Origin: an uncultured Pelagibacteraceae bacterium
GTDB taxonomy: Bacteria > Pseudomonadota > Alphaproteobacteria > Pelagibacterales > Pelagibacteraceae
Assembly: GCA_902571915.1 (NCBI GenBank)
Contig: CACGDY010000002.1
Location: 13,006 to 77,005 of the forward strand
Reading direction: 5' to 3'
DNA length: 64,000 nucleotides
The notes below the pieces were generated by a model. That model saw only the letters and a program-made list of their open reading frames with translations, did not search any database and was not told the DNA's origin. This document shows, one piece after another, positions 29,544-41,606 of the stretch (the first letter of the stretch is position 1; every line of letters begins with the position of its first letter). The position numbers and the translations under genes were made by a program.

Positions 29544-30068
29544 TTGAATTTAAAAAAAAATAAAATTGGAATTTTAGGTGGTACTTTTGATCCACCTCAC
29601 AAGGGTCACTTAGCAATATCTAAAGAAGCAACTAAGAAATTCAATCTTAAAAAAGTAATATGGGCAATAACAAAAAAAAATCCTTTTAAGAAAAAAAGCA
29701 TTTTAAGTCTTAAGGAAAGAGTCGATTATTGTAAAAAAATTATTCAAAAAATAAATTTTATTGAAACAAAATTTTATGAAAATAAATTGAGATCAAATCG
29801 TACGATTGATTTGATAAATTATCTTTTAAAAAACAAAAAAAATGAAATTTATTTTCTGATGGGTGCTGATAATCTAATTAACTTTCATAAGTGGCATCAA
29901 TGGAAAACTATCTCACAGAAATGTAAAATAATAGTTTTTGACCGCCACGGATATAAAAAAAAATCTTTAAATTCAGTAACATTTAAAAGATTGGGTAAGA
30001 AAAATTTAGAGTTTATAAAGTTCAAAAAAGTCAACATTTCTTCTTCTCAATTAAGGAAAATTTGGTAA
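29544..30068 (+). CDS. nadD: Nicotinate-nucleotide adenylyltransferase
   Basis: GGTFDPPHKGH, FLMGADN, WHQW, ISSS; proA-nadD-rsfS synteny. TTG start is uncertain. Confidence 0.9.
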   Translation: MNLKKNKIGILGGTFDPPHKGHLAISKEATKKFNLKKVIWAITKKNPFKKKSILSLKERVDYCKKIIQKINFIETKFYENKLRSNRTIDLINYLLKNKKNEIYFLMGADNLINFHKWHQWKTISQKCKIIVFDRHGYKKKSLNSVTFKRLGKKNLEFIKFKKVNISSSQLRKIW

Positions 30069-30081
30069 AGTTAGTTATTTG

Positions 30082-30432
30082 ATGGATAAAATTTTAGATT
30101 TAAAACAAATCGTACTCAAAACTTTAAATACCAATAAAGCTCAGGATATAGTAAGTATAGATCTTAAAGACAAAAGTTCTATGGCAGATTATATGATAAT
30201 TGCTAGCGGAACATCATCTAGACACATGCAGTCTTTGTCAGAACAAGTTCTAGAGAAACTAAAGGACAACGGGGTAAAGAATTCTAAAATTGAAGGTAAA
30301 GAAAGTAATGAATGGAAACTTGTAGATGGTATTGATGTTATTGTTCATATATTTCATCCGGAAAAAAGAAAATTTTACGAACTCGAAAAAATGTGGTCTG
30401 AGTTAATACCTAAAGAAAAATTAATAATATGA
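30082..30432 (+). CDS. rsfS: Ribosome silencing factor (Iojap)
   Basis: KAQDIVSID, DYMIIASGTSSRH, WKLVDG.DVIVHIF, RKFYELEKMW. Confidence 0.95.
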   Translation: MDKILDLKQIVLKTLNTNKAQDIVSIDLKDKSSMADYMIIASGTSSRHMQSLSEQVLEKLKDNGVKNSKIEGKESNEWKLVDGIDVIVHIFHPEKRKFYELEKMWSELIPKEKLII

Positions 30433-31565
30433 TAATTAAAAAGATTTTTATTATAGCGTTCTTTTTCTCAACTTTTTTTAATCATCTTTTGAATTCTGCA
30501 GAAAATATTTATGAAAAAATTGATTTATTTGGTGAGGTTTTAGAAAAAATAAACAGTGAATATGTTGATGAGATTGATCAATCAGAAAGTATGGATTCTG
30601 CCATAAATGGCCTTCTTCAATCTCTAGACCCTTATTCAGCTTATATGTCTCCAGAAATTTTAGAAGAAATGCAAACAGAAACAAGCGGAGAATTTGGTGG
30701 ACTAGGTATTGAAGTGAGTATGGAGTCAGGAGTTGTGAAAGTAATATCACCTATTGATGATACGCCCGCTTCCAAGGCTGGAATTAAAGCCGGAGATTAT
30801 ATTGTTAAAATTAATAATACCCAAGTTCAAGGAAAAAGTTTATCAGAAGCAGTCGAGTTAATGAGAGGCGCAGTAGGATCAGAAATTGAGTTAACAGTAA
30901 GAAGGGTTGGTGAAAAAAAAGCTTTAACATTTAAAATTATTAGAGAAATAATTCAAATTCAGTCTGTTAAAGCTGAATTAATAGAAGAAAATATTGGGTA
31001 CATAAGATTAACATCCTTTAACGAAAATAGCGGCAAACAAATAGAAAGAGAGATTAAAAATTTAGAAAAAGACAAAAATGTTAAATCATATATTTTAGAT
31101 TTAAGAAATAATCCTGGAGGACTTCTTTCTCAAGCAATCAAAATATCAGATTTCTTTTTAGAAAATGGAGAAATTGTTTCAACAAAAAGTAGAAAAGACT
31201 CAGAAAATAGAAAATGGTTTGCAAAGAAAGGTGACATAACGAATGGTAAAACTCTTTTGGTTTTAATTAATTATGGATCAGCATCTGCTTCTGAAATAGT
31301 TGCTGGCGCACTTAAAGATCACAAAAGAGCTATTTTGCTTGGAGAAAATAGCTATGGTAAAGGCTCAGTTCAATCAATAATCCCATTAAAAAATAAAGGT
31401 GCAATTAGACTAACTGTAGCAAAATATTATTTACCATCTGGGAAGTCAATTTCAGAAGTTGGTGTCTCGCCGGATATTGAAATTGATGAAGATACTGATG
31501 ATTTCAGAATAAAAACTGAAACTGATAATCAATTAAAATACGCAATTAATCTTCTTAAAAGTTAA
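30429..31565 (+). CDS. ctpA: S41 carboxy-terminal processing protease
   Basis: Signal peptide, LDPYSAY, PDZ GLGIEV, DLRNNPGG, SASASEIVAGAL, GKGSVQ. Confidence 0.92.
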   Translation: MIIKKIFIIAFFFSTFFNHLLNSAENIYEKIDLFGEVLEKINSEYVDEIDQSESMDSAINGLLQSLDPYSAYMSPEILEEMQTETSGEFGGLGIEVSMESGVVKVISPIDDTPASKAGIKAGDYIVKINNTQVQGKSLSEAVELMRGAVGSEIELTVRRVGEKKALTFKIIREIIQIQSVKAELIEENIGYIRLTSFNENSGKQIEREIKNLEKDKNVKSYILDLRNNPGGLLSQAIKISDFFLENGEIVSTKSRKDSENRKWFAKKGDITNGKTLLVLINYGSASASEIVAGALKDHKRAILLGENSYGKGSVQSIIPLKNKGAIRLTVAKYYLPSGKSISEVGVSPDIEIDEDTDDFRIKTETDNQLKYAINLLKS

Positions 31566-31566
31566 G

Positions 31567-32043
31567 ATGGAAGATAGGTATAAAAATCTGCCACTTAGAA
31601 GCGGTGTAGGCATTGTGGTGCTTAATAAGCAAAATAAAGTTTTTGTTGCTAGAAGAATTGATAATCCAAAAAATTTTTGGCAGATGCCTCAAGGAGGTGT
31701 AGATGAGGGAGAAAATTTTTTATCTGCTGCCTATAGAGAATTAGAGGAAGAAACTAGTATCAAAAATGTGGAACTAATTAAAGAATTGGAAGGCATGATC
31801 ACCTACGAGCTGCCAAAAGACCTATTAGGTATTATATGGAAAGGCAAATATAGGGGTCAAAAGCAAAAATGGTTTTTAATGAGATATCTAGGAAATGACG
31901 ATGAAATTAATATTAAAACAAATAAACCAGAATTTTTAGAATGGAAATGGATTGAATTAGATAAGTTAACTGAAATAGTTGTGGATTTTAAGCATCATGT
32001 ATACAAAGAGCTGAAAGAAAAGATAAAAACAATAATCAATTAA
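31567..32043 (+). CDS. rppH: RNA pyrophosphohydrolase (Nudix)
   Basis: WQMPQGG..EGE...AAYRELEEET Nudix box, GQKQKWF, VDFK..VY. Confidence 0.93.
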   Translation: MEDRYKNLPLRSGVGIVVLNKQNKVFVARRIDNPKNFWQMPQGGVDEGENFLSAAYRELEEETSIKNVELIKELEGMITYELPKDLLGIIWKGKYRGQKQKWFLMRYLGNDDEINIKTNKPEFLEWKWIELDKLTEIVVDFKHHVYKELKEKIKTIIN

Positions 32044-32427
32044 TAGATTTTAAAGTTTCAATTTTTTGATCAATTAAATATTTTGATTCGTCAGAAATTT
32101 CTATTTTTTTTGACTCTTCCTCTGCAATTTTAAGTAATTCATGTAATTTGTTTTTTTCAATTTTTTTTAAATTTAGAATAAAGCTAGTTAGAATAGATAA
32201 ATTATTGTTTTTAAATTCTACTATTCCATCTTCTACATAATATTTTTCCTCTCCAGATTTTGCTTGAACAGTAATTATACCAGGTTTTAAAAATGAAATA
32301 ATTGAGATATGGTTTTTAAGTATTCCCATTTCACCTTCAAATGCAGGCAAAATCACCTCAATTACATCTTCTTTTGACAAAAAGGTTTTTTCAGGGTTAA
32401 CAATTTCTATTTTAAATTCATCACTCA

Positions 32428-32428
<1 letters not shown>
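32036..32428 (-). CDS. atpC: ATP synthase F1 epsilon subunit
   Basis: EIVNPE, PAFEGEMGILKNH; last gene of atpHAGDC. Confidence 0.93.
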
Positions 32429-34724
<2,296 letters not shown>

Positions 34725-34731
34725 AAATAAA

Positions 34732-36267
34732 TCAAGATTTAAAGTTTTTCTTAAGATTGGTAATTACATCAATTAAGCTTTTTTCTGTTCCCTCTTCTAA
34801 TTTACCTGAGCTCTGAATTGACTCGATTAATTCTGGTTTATCAGATTTACATCTCTCAATGATCTTGTTTTCAAATTCAGCAATATCTTTTAAACCAATA
34901 TCATCTAAATATCCTTTTACTCCACAAAATACAGATATTACCTGTTCAGCAACAGTCATTGGTGAGTATTGTTTCTGTTTTAATAACTCAGTTAATTTTG
35001 ATCCTCTATTTAAAAGTTGTTGAGTTGAGGCATCTAAATCTGATCCAAATTGTGCAAAAGCTGCCATTTCTCTATATTGTGCTAATTCGAGTTTCATTGA
35101 TCCTGATACTTTTTTCATAGCTTTTGTTTGTGCAGCTGATCCAACCCTAGAAACAGAGAGCCCAACATTAATCGCTGGTCTTATACCTTGATTAAATAAC
35201 TCAGTTTCTAAAAAAATTTGTCCATCAGTAATTGAAATTACATTAGTTGGAATATAAGCAGAAACATCTCCACCTTGAGTTTCAATGATAGGAAGAGCTG
35301 TTAAAGAACCTCCGCCGTGTTCATCACTTAATTTAGCAGCTCTTTCCAGCAATCTACTATGAAGATAAAATACATCACCAGGGTATGCCTCTCTACCTGG
35401 TGGTCTTCTTAAGATCAGTGACATTTGTCGGTAAGCAACCGCTTGTTTAGATAAATCGTCATAAATAATCAGAGCATGCATTCCATTATCTCTAAAGTAT
35501 TCTCCCATTGCACATCCAGTGTAAGGAGCCAAAAATTGAAGTGGAGCTGAGTCTGATGCTGTTGCTGCAACTATAGTTGTGTATTCCATTGCGCCAGCTT
35601 CCTCTAAAGTTTTTTGAATTTGTCTAACAGTTGATCGTTTTTGACCAACAGCAACATAAATACAATAAAGTTTTTGTTTTTCATCTCCCGACTCATTTAT
35701 CTTTTTTTGATTGATAATTGTATCAACTGCTACAGCAGTTTTACCTGTCTGACGATCTCCAATTATCAGCTCGCGCTGACCTCTTCCAATTGGCACAAGA
35801 CTATCAATTGATTTTAGACCTGTCTGCATTGGTTCGCTAACAGATTGTCTTGGTATTATTCCTGGTGCCTTAACTTCAACTCTACTTTTTTTAATCCCTT
35901 TGTCTAAAGCACCTTTCCCATCGATTGGATTTCCTAATCCATCTACTACTCTACCTAACAACTCTTTTCCAACAGGGGTATCCACAATACTGCCAGTTCT
36001 TTTTACAACATCACCTTCTTTAATATTCCGGTCGTCACCAAAAATTACAACTCCAACATTTTCACTTTCAAGATTTAAAGCCATTCCTTTCGATCCATCT
36101 GAAAATTCAACCATTTCTCCTGCTTGAACATTATCAAGGCCATAAATTCTTGCTATACCATCACCTACAGACAATACCTGTCCAACTTCTGAAATTTCTG
36201 CGTTTTCTCCAAAATTTTTAATTTGTTCTTTTAATATTTTTGTAACTTCTGAAGGATTTATTTCCAT
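34732..36267 (-). CDS. atpA: ATP synthase F1 alpha subunit
   Basis: [31 protein letters not shown]. Confidence 0.99.
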   Translation of the reverse strand: MEINPSEVTKILKEQIKNFGENAEISEVGQVLSVGDGIARIYGLDNVQAGEMVEFSDGSKGMALNLESENVGVVIFGDDRNIKEGDVVKRTGSIVDTPVGKELLGRVVDGLGNPIDGKGALDKGIKKSRVEVKAPGIIPRQSVSEPMQTGLKSIDSLVPIGRGQRELIIGDRQTGKTAVAVDTIINQKKINESGDEKQKLYCIYVAVGQKRSTVRQIQKTLEEAGAMEYTTIVAATASDSAPLQFLAPYTGCAMGEYFRDNGMHALIIYDDLSKQAVAYRQMSLILRRPPGREAYPGDVFYLHSRLLERAAKLSDEHGGGSLTALPIIETQGGDVSAYIPTNVISITDGQIFLETELFNQGIRPAINVGLSVSRVGSAAQTKAMKKVSGSMKLELAQYREMAAFAQFGSDLDASTQQLLNRGSKLTELLKQKQYSPMTVAEQVISVFCGVKGYLDDIGLKDIAEFENKIIERCKSDKPELIESIQSSGKLEEGTEKSLIDVITNLKKNFKS

Positions 36268-36825
36268 TTATGCCTCTATCATTTTATTTTCTATTTGTTG
36301 CAATTTACTTTTTATTGATGTGTCAATCATAGTACTTCCCACTTGAACGATCAAACCTCCAATTAAACTCTCGTCTTGCGTATAGTTTAATTTGATTTGA
36401 GATTTGAAGTTACTTGATAATTCATCTGTAATTTTTTTAATCTCCTCTTGATTTAGTAATTTTGCAGATTTTATTTCTGCTTTCAATTCACCTCTTTTCT
36501 CTGAACATATTTCAATAAATGTTTTTAAAATTTGCTCTAGATAAAAAAATCTTCTTTTTGAGACTAAAAAATTTATAAAATTTTTAAAAAGAATTTCTAA
36601 CTTAAAATTTTCTGAAATCTTATTAATTACATTAGTTAAAATTTCTCTATTTAATGTAGGATCTTTTATAAAATTTTTAAAATCTTTATTATTTGAAATT
36701 AAATTTAAAAAAGCTTTTGCATTTATTTCTATATTAACCAGTGAGTTAGAATCTCTAGCTAACTCATACAAAGCTAAAGAATATCTATTCGCTGAAGTAT
36801 CTGAAAATCCTTTGTTTTTTGTCAA
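36268..36825 (-). CDS. atpH: ATP synthase F1 delta subunit
   Basis: RYSLALYEL, DESLIGGLIVQVGSTMIDTS; TTG start. Confidence 0.94.
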   Translation of the reverse strand: MTKNKGFSDTSANRYSLALYELARDSNSLVNIEINAKAFLNLISNNKDFKNFIKDPTLNREILTNVINKISENFKLEILFKNFINFLVSKRRFFYLEQILKTFIEICSEKRGELKAEIKSAKLLNQEEIKKITDELSSNFKSQIKLNYTQDESLIGGLIVQVGSTMIDTSIKSKLQQIENKMIEA

Positions 36826-36868
36826 TTTTTACCCTTTAAATGAATATGATTAATTTAAAATCACGATT

Positions 36869-36897
36869 TAATTAGCACATGCCTTTATAGTCTTCAA
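36869..36897 (-). promoter_or_regulatory. Possible sigma70 promoter of atpHAGDC
   Basis: TTGAAG-17 nt-TAATTA, with TG at the extended -10 position, in the priA-atpH spacer. Confidence 0.4.
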
Positions 36898-36932
36898 GTA
36901 ACACATTAGCTAAAAATTAGTTTTTTTGAGCG

Positions 36933-38888
36933 TTAATTAAAGCTAATTGGATCAACATCAACTGAAAGTTTTATTCCTGAGGCAAATTTATATTTTTGAA
37001 TTAGTGATGCTAAACTATTTTGTAATTTAAGAGTTTTAGTACCTCTTATAAGTAATCGTACTCGATATTTGTTCTTTAATTTAAAGACAGGAGCGCTTAC
37101 TGGACCTAAAATTTTTCCATTTATTTTGTTAGAAATGAACAGTTTGAATTTTAAAGCTTCTCTTTCTAATTCATTTTCCATATTACCTGTCAAAATCAAA
37201 GAAATAAATCTTTGAAATGGAGGTAAATTATTCTTTTTTCGAATTTCTATCTCTTTATCAAGAAAAATTTCTGGATTTTTATTTGTAATATCATCAATCA
37301 ATTTTGTATTTAAGTTATAAGTTTGAAAATAAATAGTAGAAGGACTTCCTGTTCTTCCAGCTCTACCTGATAACTGATGATATAATTGTAAATTTTTCTC
37401 TGCACTTCTTAAGTCGTGGCCCATTAGTGATAAATCGATATCAACTACAACAATACAGTTCAAGTTTGGAAAATGAAAACCTTTGGAAATTAGTTGTGTT
37501 CCAACTAAAATTTCAATTTCATTATTTATTATTTTTTCTAATTTTTCTTTTGAACTTTTATTATTCATTGTATCACTCGAAAAAATTTCAATTTTTTTCG
37601 ATGGAAAACTTTTTTTTACTTCCTCTGAGATCCTTTCCACACCAGGTCCACAAAATATAAATTCGCAAAATCCCTCTTTAGAACATTCTCTTTTTAAAAA
37701 ACTTTTAAATCCACAATAATGGCATAATAAATTATTTTTATTTTTGTGATAAACTAAATTTATTGAACAATTTGGACATGGGAAATTATTGAAACATTTT
37801 TTGCACAAAACACTCGGAGAAAATCCTCTTCTATTTAAAAAAAATAAAACTTGATCATTCTTATTTAAGTGGAAATTTACTTTTTGAATTATCTCTCTAG
37901 AAAGCCAAGATTGTTTATCCATTTTAACATTATTCAAATTAATTATTTCGTAGTTCGGTAAAGAAGCATTTTGATATCTTCGAACAAGTTTTGAGGAGGT
38001 GTACTTTTTTTTCTTTATATTTTCGTATGTTTCTATTGATGGAACAGAAGTAATCAAATTTATTGGAATATTTTCAAATGATGCCCTAGAGATAGCCATA
38101 TCCCGAGCATTAAATATTATCCCTTCATCTTGTTTGTAAGATTGGTCATGCTCTTCATCAACTATTATTAACCCTAAATTTTTAAATGGTAAAAATAAAG
38201 ATGATCTGGCCCCAATAACAACACTTATTTCACCATTCGTAATTCCACTCCAAATAATTTCTTTATTTTTTTTTGTTATTCCAGAATGCCAAATTGCTGC
38301 TTTGAAACCAAAAAATTCAAAGAATTTTTTTTCAAATTGATTGGTCAAACCAATCTCTGGCAACATTATTAATCCTTGATAACCTTTTTGTAAGATGTGC
38401 TTTAAAGTTTCAAAATATACAATAGTTTTACCTGAGCCAGTAGTTCCCTGTAAAACATGAACATTAAACTTTTTATTCGTATTGTTCATCTCTTTAAGAG
38501 ACTCTTTTTGTTCTATATTTAATTCAAATGAATTTTTTTTTAACTTAAAAGAAAACTCTTTATAAAATTTATTATTAAGTTTTTTAACTGGTCTTCCGCT
38601 CAACAAAGTTAATTTGAGTGCCATTCCTTTTGGAACAATATTATATTCTGAAAACCAATTTAAAAAATTTATAGTTTTTTTTTTTAATTTGGGAATTTCT
38701 AACTTTCTGATAATCTTTTTTATCTTAAAAGTTTTATTCTCATTTTTTTCAAAATTATCCCACACGACTCCGATAATTTTTGTTTTTCCAAAAGGAACCT
38801 CAACAAAATCGCCAATGTTTAATTTTAGATCACTTTTATAGGTAAAAGGATAGTTAAATATGTTGGGTAAAAGAATCGGAAAATTCAT
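36933..38888 (-). CDS. priA: Replication restart helicase PriA
   Basis: VPFG, GTTGSGKT, PEIGLT, GARSSLF, DEEHD, LNRRG, Cys-rich region, GTQLISKG, Q.SGRAGR, DVDP. Confidence 0.95.
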   Translation of the reverse strand: MNFPILLPNIFNYPFTYKSDLKLNIGDFVEVPFGKTKIIGVVWDNFEKNENKTFKIKKIIRKLEIPKLKKKTINFLNWFSEYNIVPKGMALKLTLLSGRPVKKLNNKFYKEFSFKLKKNSFELNIEQKESLKEMNNTNKKFNVHVLQGTTGSGKTIVYFETLKHILQKGYQGLIMLPEIGLTNQFEKKFFEFFGFKAAIWHSGITKKNKEIIWSGITNGEISVVIGARSSLFLPFKNLGLIIVDEEHDQSYKQDEGIIFNARDMAISRASFENIPINLITSVPSIETYENIKKKKYTSSKLVRRYQNASLPNYEIINLNNVKMDKQSWLSREIIQKVNFHLNKNDQVLFFLNRRGFSPSVLCKKCFNNFPCPNCSINLVYHKNKNNLLCHYCGFKSFLKRECSKEGFCEFIFCGPGVERISEEVKKSFPSKKIEIFSSDTMNNKSSKEKLEKIINNEIEILVGTQLISKGFHFPNLNCIVVVDIDLSLMGHDLRSAEKNLQLYHQLSGRAGRTGSPSTIYFQTYNLNTKLIDDITNKNPEIFLDKEIEIRKKNNLPPFQRFISLILTGNMENELEREALKFKLFISNKINGKILGPVSAPVFKLKNKYRVRLLIRGTKTLKLQNSLASLIQKYKFASGIKLSVDVDPISFN

Positions 38889-38909
38889 ATTAGATAATAT
38901 GAAAAATTA

Positions 38910-40310
38910 TTAGGAGTGTATTGCTCTTTTATCCACAGATAAAGCCGCTTCTTTCACTGCTTCTGAAAAAGTAGGATGAGCATGACATGTTCTTGCTATA
39001 TCTTCAGAGCTAGCACCAAATTCCATCGCGATACCAATTTCCCCAATTAATTCACCAGCATGAGGTCCTATTAAATGTGCGCCTAATACTTTATCAGTTT
39101 TTTCGTCAGCAAGAATTTTTACAAAACCCTCTGTATCATCAATGGCCTTTGCTCTTGAGTTTGCCATAAATGAAAATTTACCAATTTTATAATTTATTTT
39201 AAGCTCTTTCAATTGCTCTTCTGTTTTTCCAATAGAGGCGACTTCTGGACTGGTATAAATCACTCCAGGGATAGTATCATAGTTAACATGACCTGATTGA
39301 CCTGCTATATTTTCTGCAACTGCAATTCCTTCATCCTCAGCTTTATGAGCTAACATAGGACCACTTATTACATCTCCTATCGCATAAATATTATTCTGAT
39401 TAGTTTTAAAATTTTTGTCTGTTTTTACTCTCTTTTTTTTATCTAATTCCACGCCAATTTTTTGAAGATTTAATCCCTCCGTATTTGGTTTTCGTCCAAC
39501 AGATATTAATACTACGTCACATTCAAAATCTTTTTTGGTACCATTTTCGTTTGAAGTTGAGATAATTGCACTATTTTTATTCTTTTTAATTTTCTCTACT
39601 TTATGCTGCATATGAAAATTGATACCTTGTTTTTTTAAAATTTTCATAAACTCACTAGAAATCTCTTTATCCATACCTGGTGTGATATGATCTAAAAACT
39701 CAATTACATGAACTTCTGAACCAAGTCTAGACCATACTGATCCCATCTCTAAACCTATATACCCCCCACCAACAACAACCATTTTTTTAGGGACTTGTTC
39801 TAACTTAAGTGCTCCAGTGGATGAAACAATTACTTTTTCATCAATTTCAATACCTGGTAATGATACTGGAACAGACCCAGTTGCAATTATAGTATTTTCG
39901 GTTTGTATAATTGTCTCTTTATTATCATTATCTTTAATTACAATATCATTTTTAGATTTGAAACTTCCAGTACCTTTAAAATAGGTGACTTTATTTTTTT
40001 TAAGAAGGAATTCTACCCCTTTGGTCAAAATCGTAACTGCCTTATCCTTATTCTTCATCATTTTTGACAAGTTTAATTTTACCTCACCAATTTCAATTCC
40101 TTTATTTGATAGACTTTGTGCTTTATGAAACTCCTCAGATAAATTTAATAAACTTTTAGATGGAATACATCCAACATTCAAACAAGTACCACCTAGAGAA
40201 CCCCTAGATTCTATACATGCAGTTTTGAGGCCTAATTGTGCCAATCTTATTGCACAAACATAACCTCCAGGTCCTCCACCAATTACTACTGCTTGAAATT
40301 TAACTGCCAT
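38910..40310 (-). CDS. lpdA: Dihydrolipoyl dehydrogenase (E3)
   Basis: GGGPGGY, GGTCLNVGCIPSK, HAHPTFSE. Confidence 0.97.
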   Translation of the reverse strand: MAVKFQAVVIGGGPGGYVCAIRLAQLGLKTACIESRGSLGGTCLNVGCIPSKSLLNLSEEFHKAQSLSNKGIEIGEVKLNLSKMMKNKDKAVTILTKGVEFLLKKNKVTYFKGTGSFKSKNDIVIKDNDNKETIIQTENTIIATGSVPVSLPGIEIDEKVIVSSTGALKLEQVPKKMVVVGGGYIGLEMGSVWSRLGSEVHVIEFLDHITPGMDKEISSEFMKILKKQGINFHMQHKVEKIKKNKNSAIISTSNENGTKKDFECDVVLISVGRKPNTEGLNLQKIGVELDKKKRVKTDKNFKTNQNNIYAIGDVISGPMLAHKAEDEGIAVAENIAGQSGHVNYDTIPGVIYTSPEVASIGKTEEQLKELKINYKIGKFSFMANSRAKAIDDTEGFVKILADEKTDKVLGAHLIGPHAGELIGEIGIAMEFGASSEDIARTCHAHPTFSEAVKEAALSVDKRAIHS

Positions 40311-41597
40311 TTAAATATCCAAAAATAATCTTCTTGGTTCCTCTAAATTTTCCTTTATCATTTTTAAAAAAGAAACAGACTCTTTACCATCAACAATTCT
40401 ATGGTCATATGATAATGCTAAATACATTATAGGTCTGATCTTAATTTCTCCATCAATTACGATAGGTCTATCAACGATATTGTGCATACCTAAGACACCT
40501 GATTGTGGAAGATTAAGAATAGGGGTTGAAAGCATTGAACCATAAACACCACCATTACTAATAGTGAAAGTCCCACCTTGAAGATCTTCAATTGTAAGCT
40601 TTCCATTTTTTGCTTTTTCTGAGATTTCTTTAATGTTTTTTTCAATGTCTGCAAAAGATAATTCATCTGCATTTTTTAAGACAGGAACGACAAGTCCTTT
40701 TTCAGTACCAACTGCAAAACTAATATTATAATAATTTTTATAAACAATTGTATCCCCCTCAATTTCAGCATTTATTGCCGGAAAATTTTTCAAAGCTACA
40801 ATTGAGGCTTTCACAAAAAAAGACATAAAACCTAATTTTACTCCATAGCGAGTTTGGAAATCTTCTTGATTTTCTTTTCTCATGTTCATTACATTAGACA
40901 TGTCAACTTCATTAAAAGTTGTTAGCAATGCTGCATTATCTTGAGCTTGTTTTAATCTCTTTGCAATAGTTTGTCTTAACCTGGTCATCTTTATTCTTTC
41001 CTCTTGACCATATTTAATTTTTCTTTCAGAGGGAGGAGGGTTCACGCCCATCAGATTAATTAAATCACCTTTTAAGACTCTTCCACCTTTTCCAGAACCT
41101 TTTACTGAACTAATATCAATTTTTTTTTCAGTTACAATTTTTCTTACTGCTGGAGACAAAGTTTGATCATTTTTTTTATCAGCTTCAGCTAGTTTATCTT
41201 GAACTTCTTGAGTGAGGACTAATGGCTTTTCACCCTCTGACATCTCATCAAAAATTTCTACTTCCTGATTTTTATTATCAATTTCTTCAGAATTATTTTC
41301 TTCTATTTTAACAGTTGGTTGAATTTTTTTTATTTCCTCAATTTTTTTTGACTCAGACTCACTCTCAGAGACAGACCCTAGATCTGCTCCCACTTCTACT
41401 ACTGAGCCATTCTTTGAATTTATTTTTGTTAGAACACCAGTCACTGGTGAAGGAACCTCTAAATTTACCTTATCAGTCTCTAATTCAACAACAGGTTCAT
41501 CTGCTTCAACTGAATCCCCTTCAACTTTTAACCACTTAGAGACAGTGGCCTCTGTGATACTTTCCCCAAGCACTGGAACTAATATTTTTTCACTCAT
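40311..41597 (-). CDS. sucB: 2-oxoglutarate dehydrogenase E2
   Basis: LGESITEA, lipoyl ETDKV, E3-binding [14 protein letters not shown]. Confidence 0.97.
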   Translation of the reverse strand: MSEKILVPVLGESITEATVSKWLKVEGDSVEADEPVVELETDKVNLEVPSPVTGVLTKINSKNGSVVEVGADLGSVSESESESKKIEEIKKIQPTVKIEENNSEEIDNKNQEVEIFDEMSEGEKPLVLTQEVQDKLAEADKKNDQTLSPAVRKIVTEKKIDISSVKGSGKGGRVLKGDLINLMGVNPPPSERKIKYGQEERIKMTRLRQTIAKRLKQAQDNAALLTTFNEVDMSNVMNMRKENQEDFQTRYGVKLGFMSFFVKASIVALKNFPAINAEIEGDTIVYKNYYNISFAVGTEKGLVVPVLKNADELSFADIEKNIKEISEKAKNGKLTIEDLQGGTFTISNGGVYGSMLSTPILNLPQSGVLGMHNIVDRPIVIDGEIKIRPIMYLALSYDHRIVDGKESVSFLKMIKENLEEPRRLFLDI

Positions 41598-41606
41598 TTA
41601 TATTTA

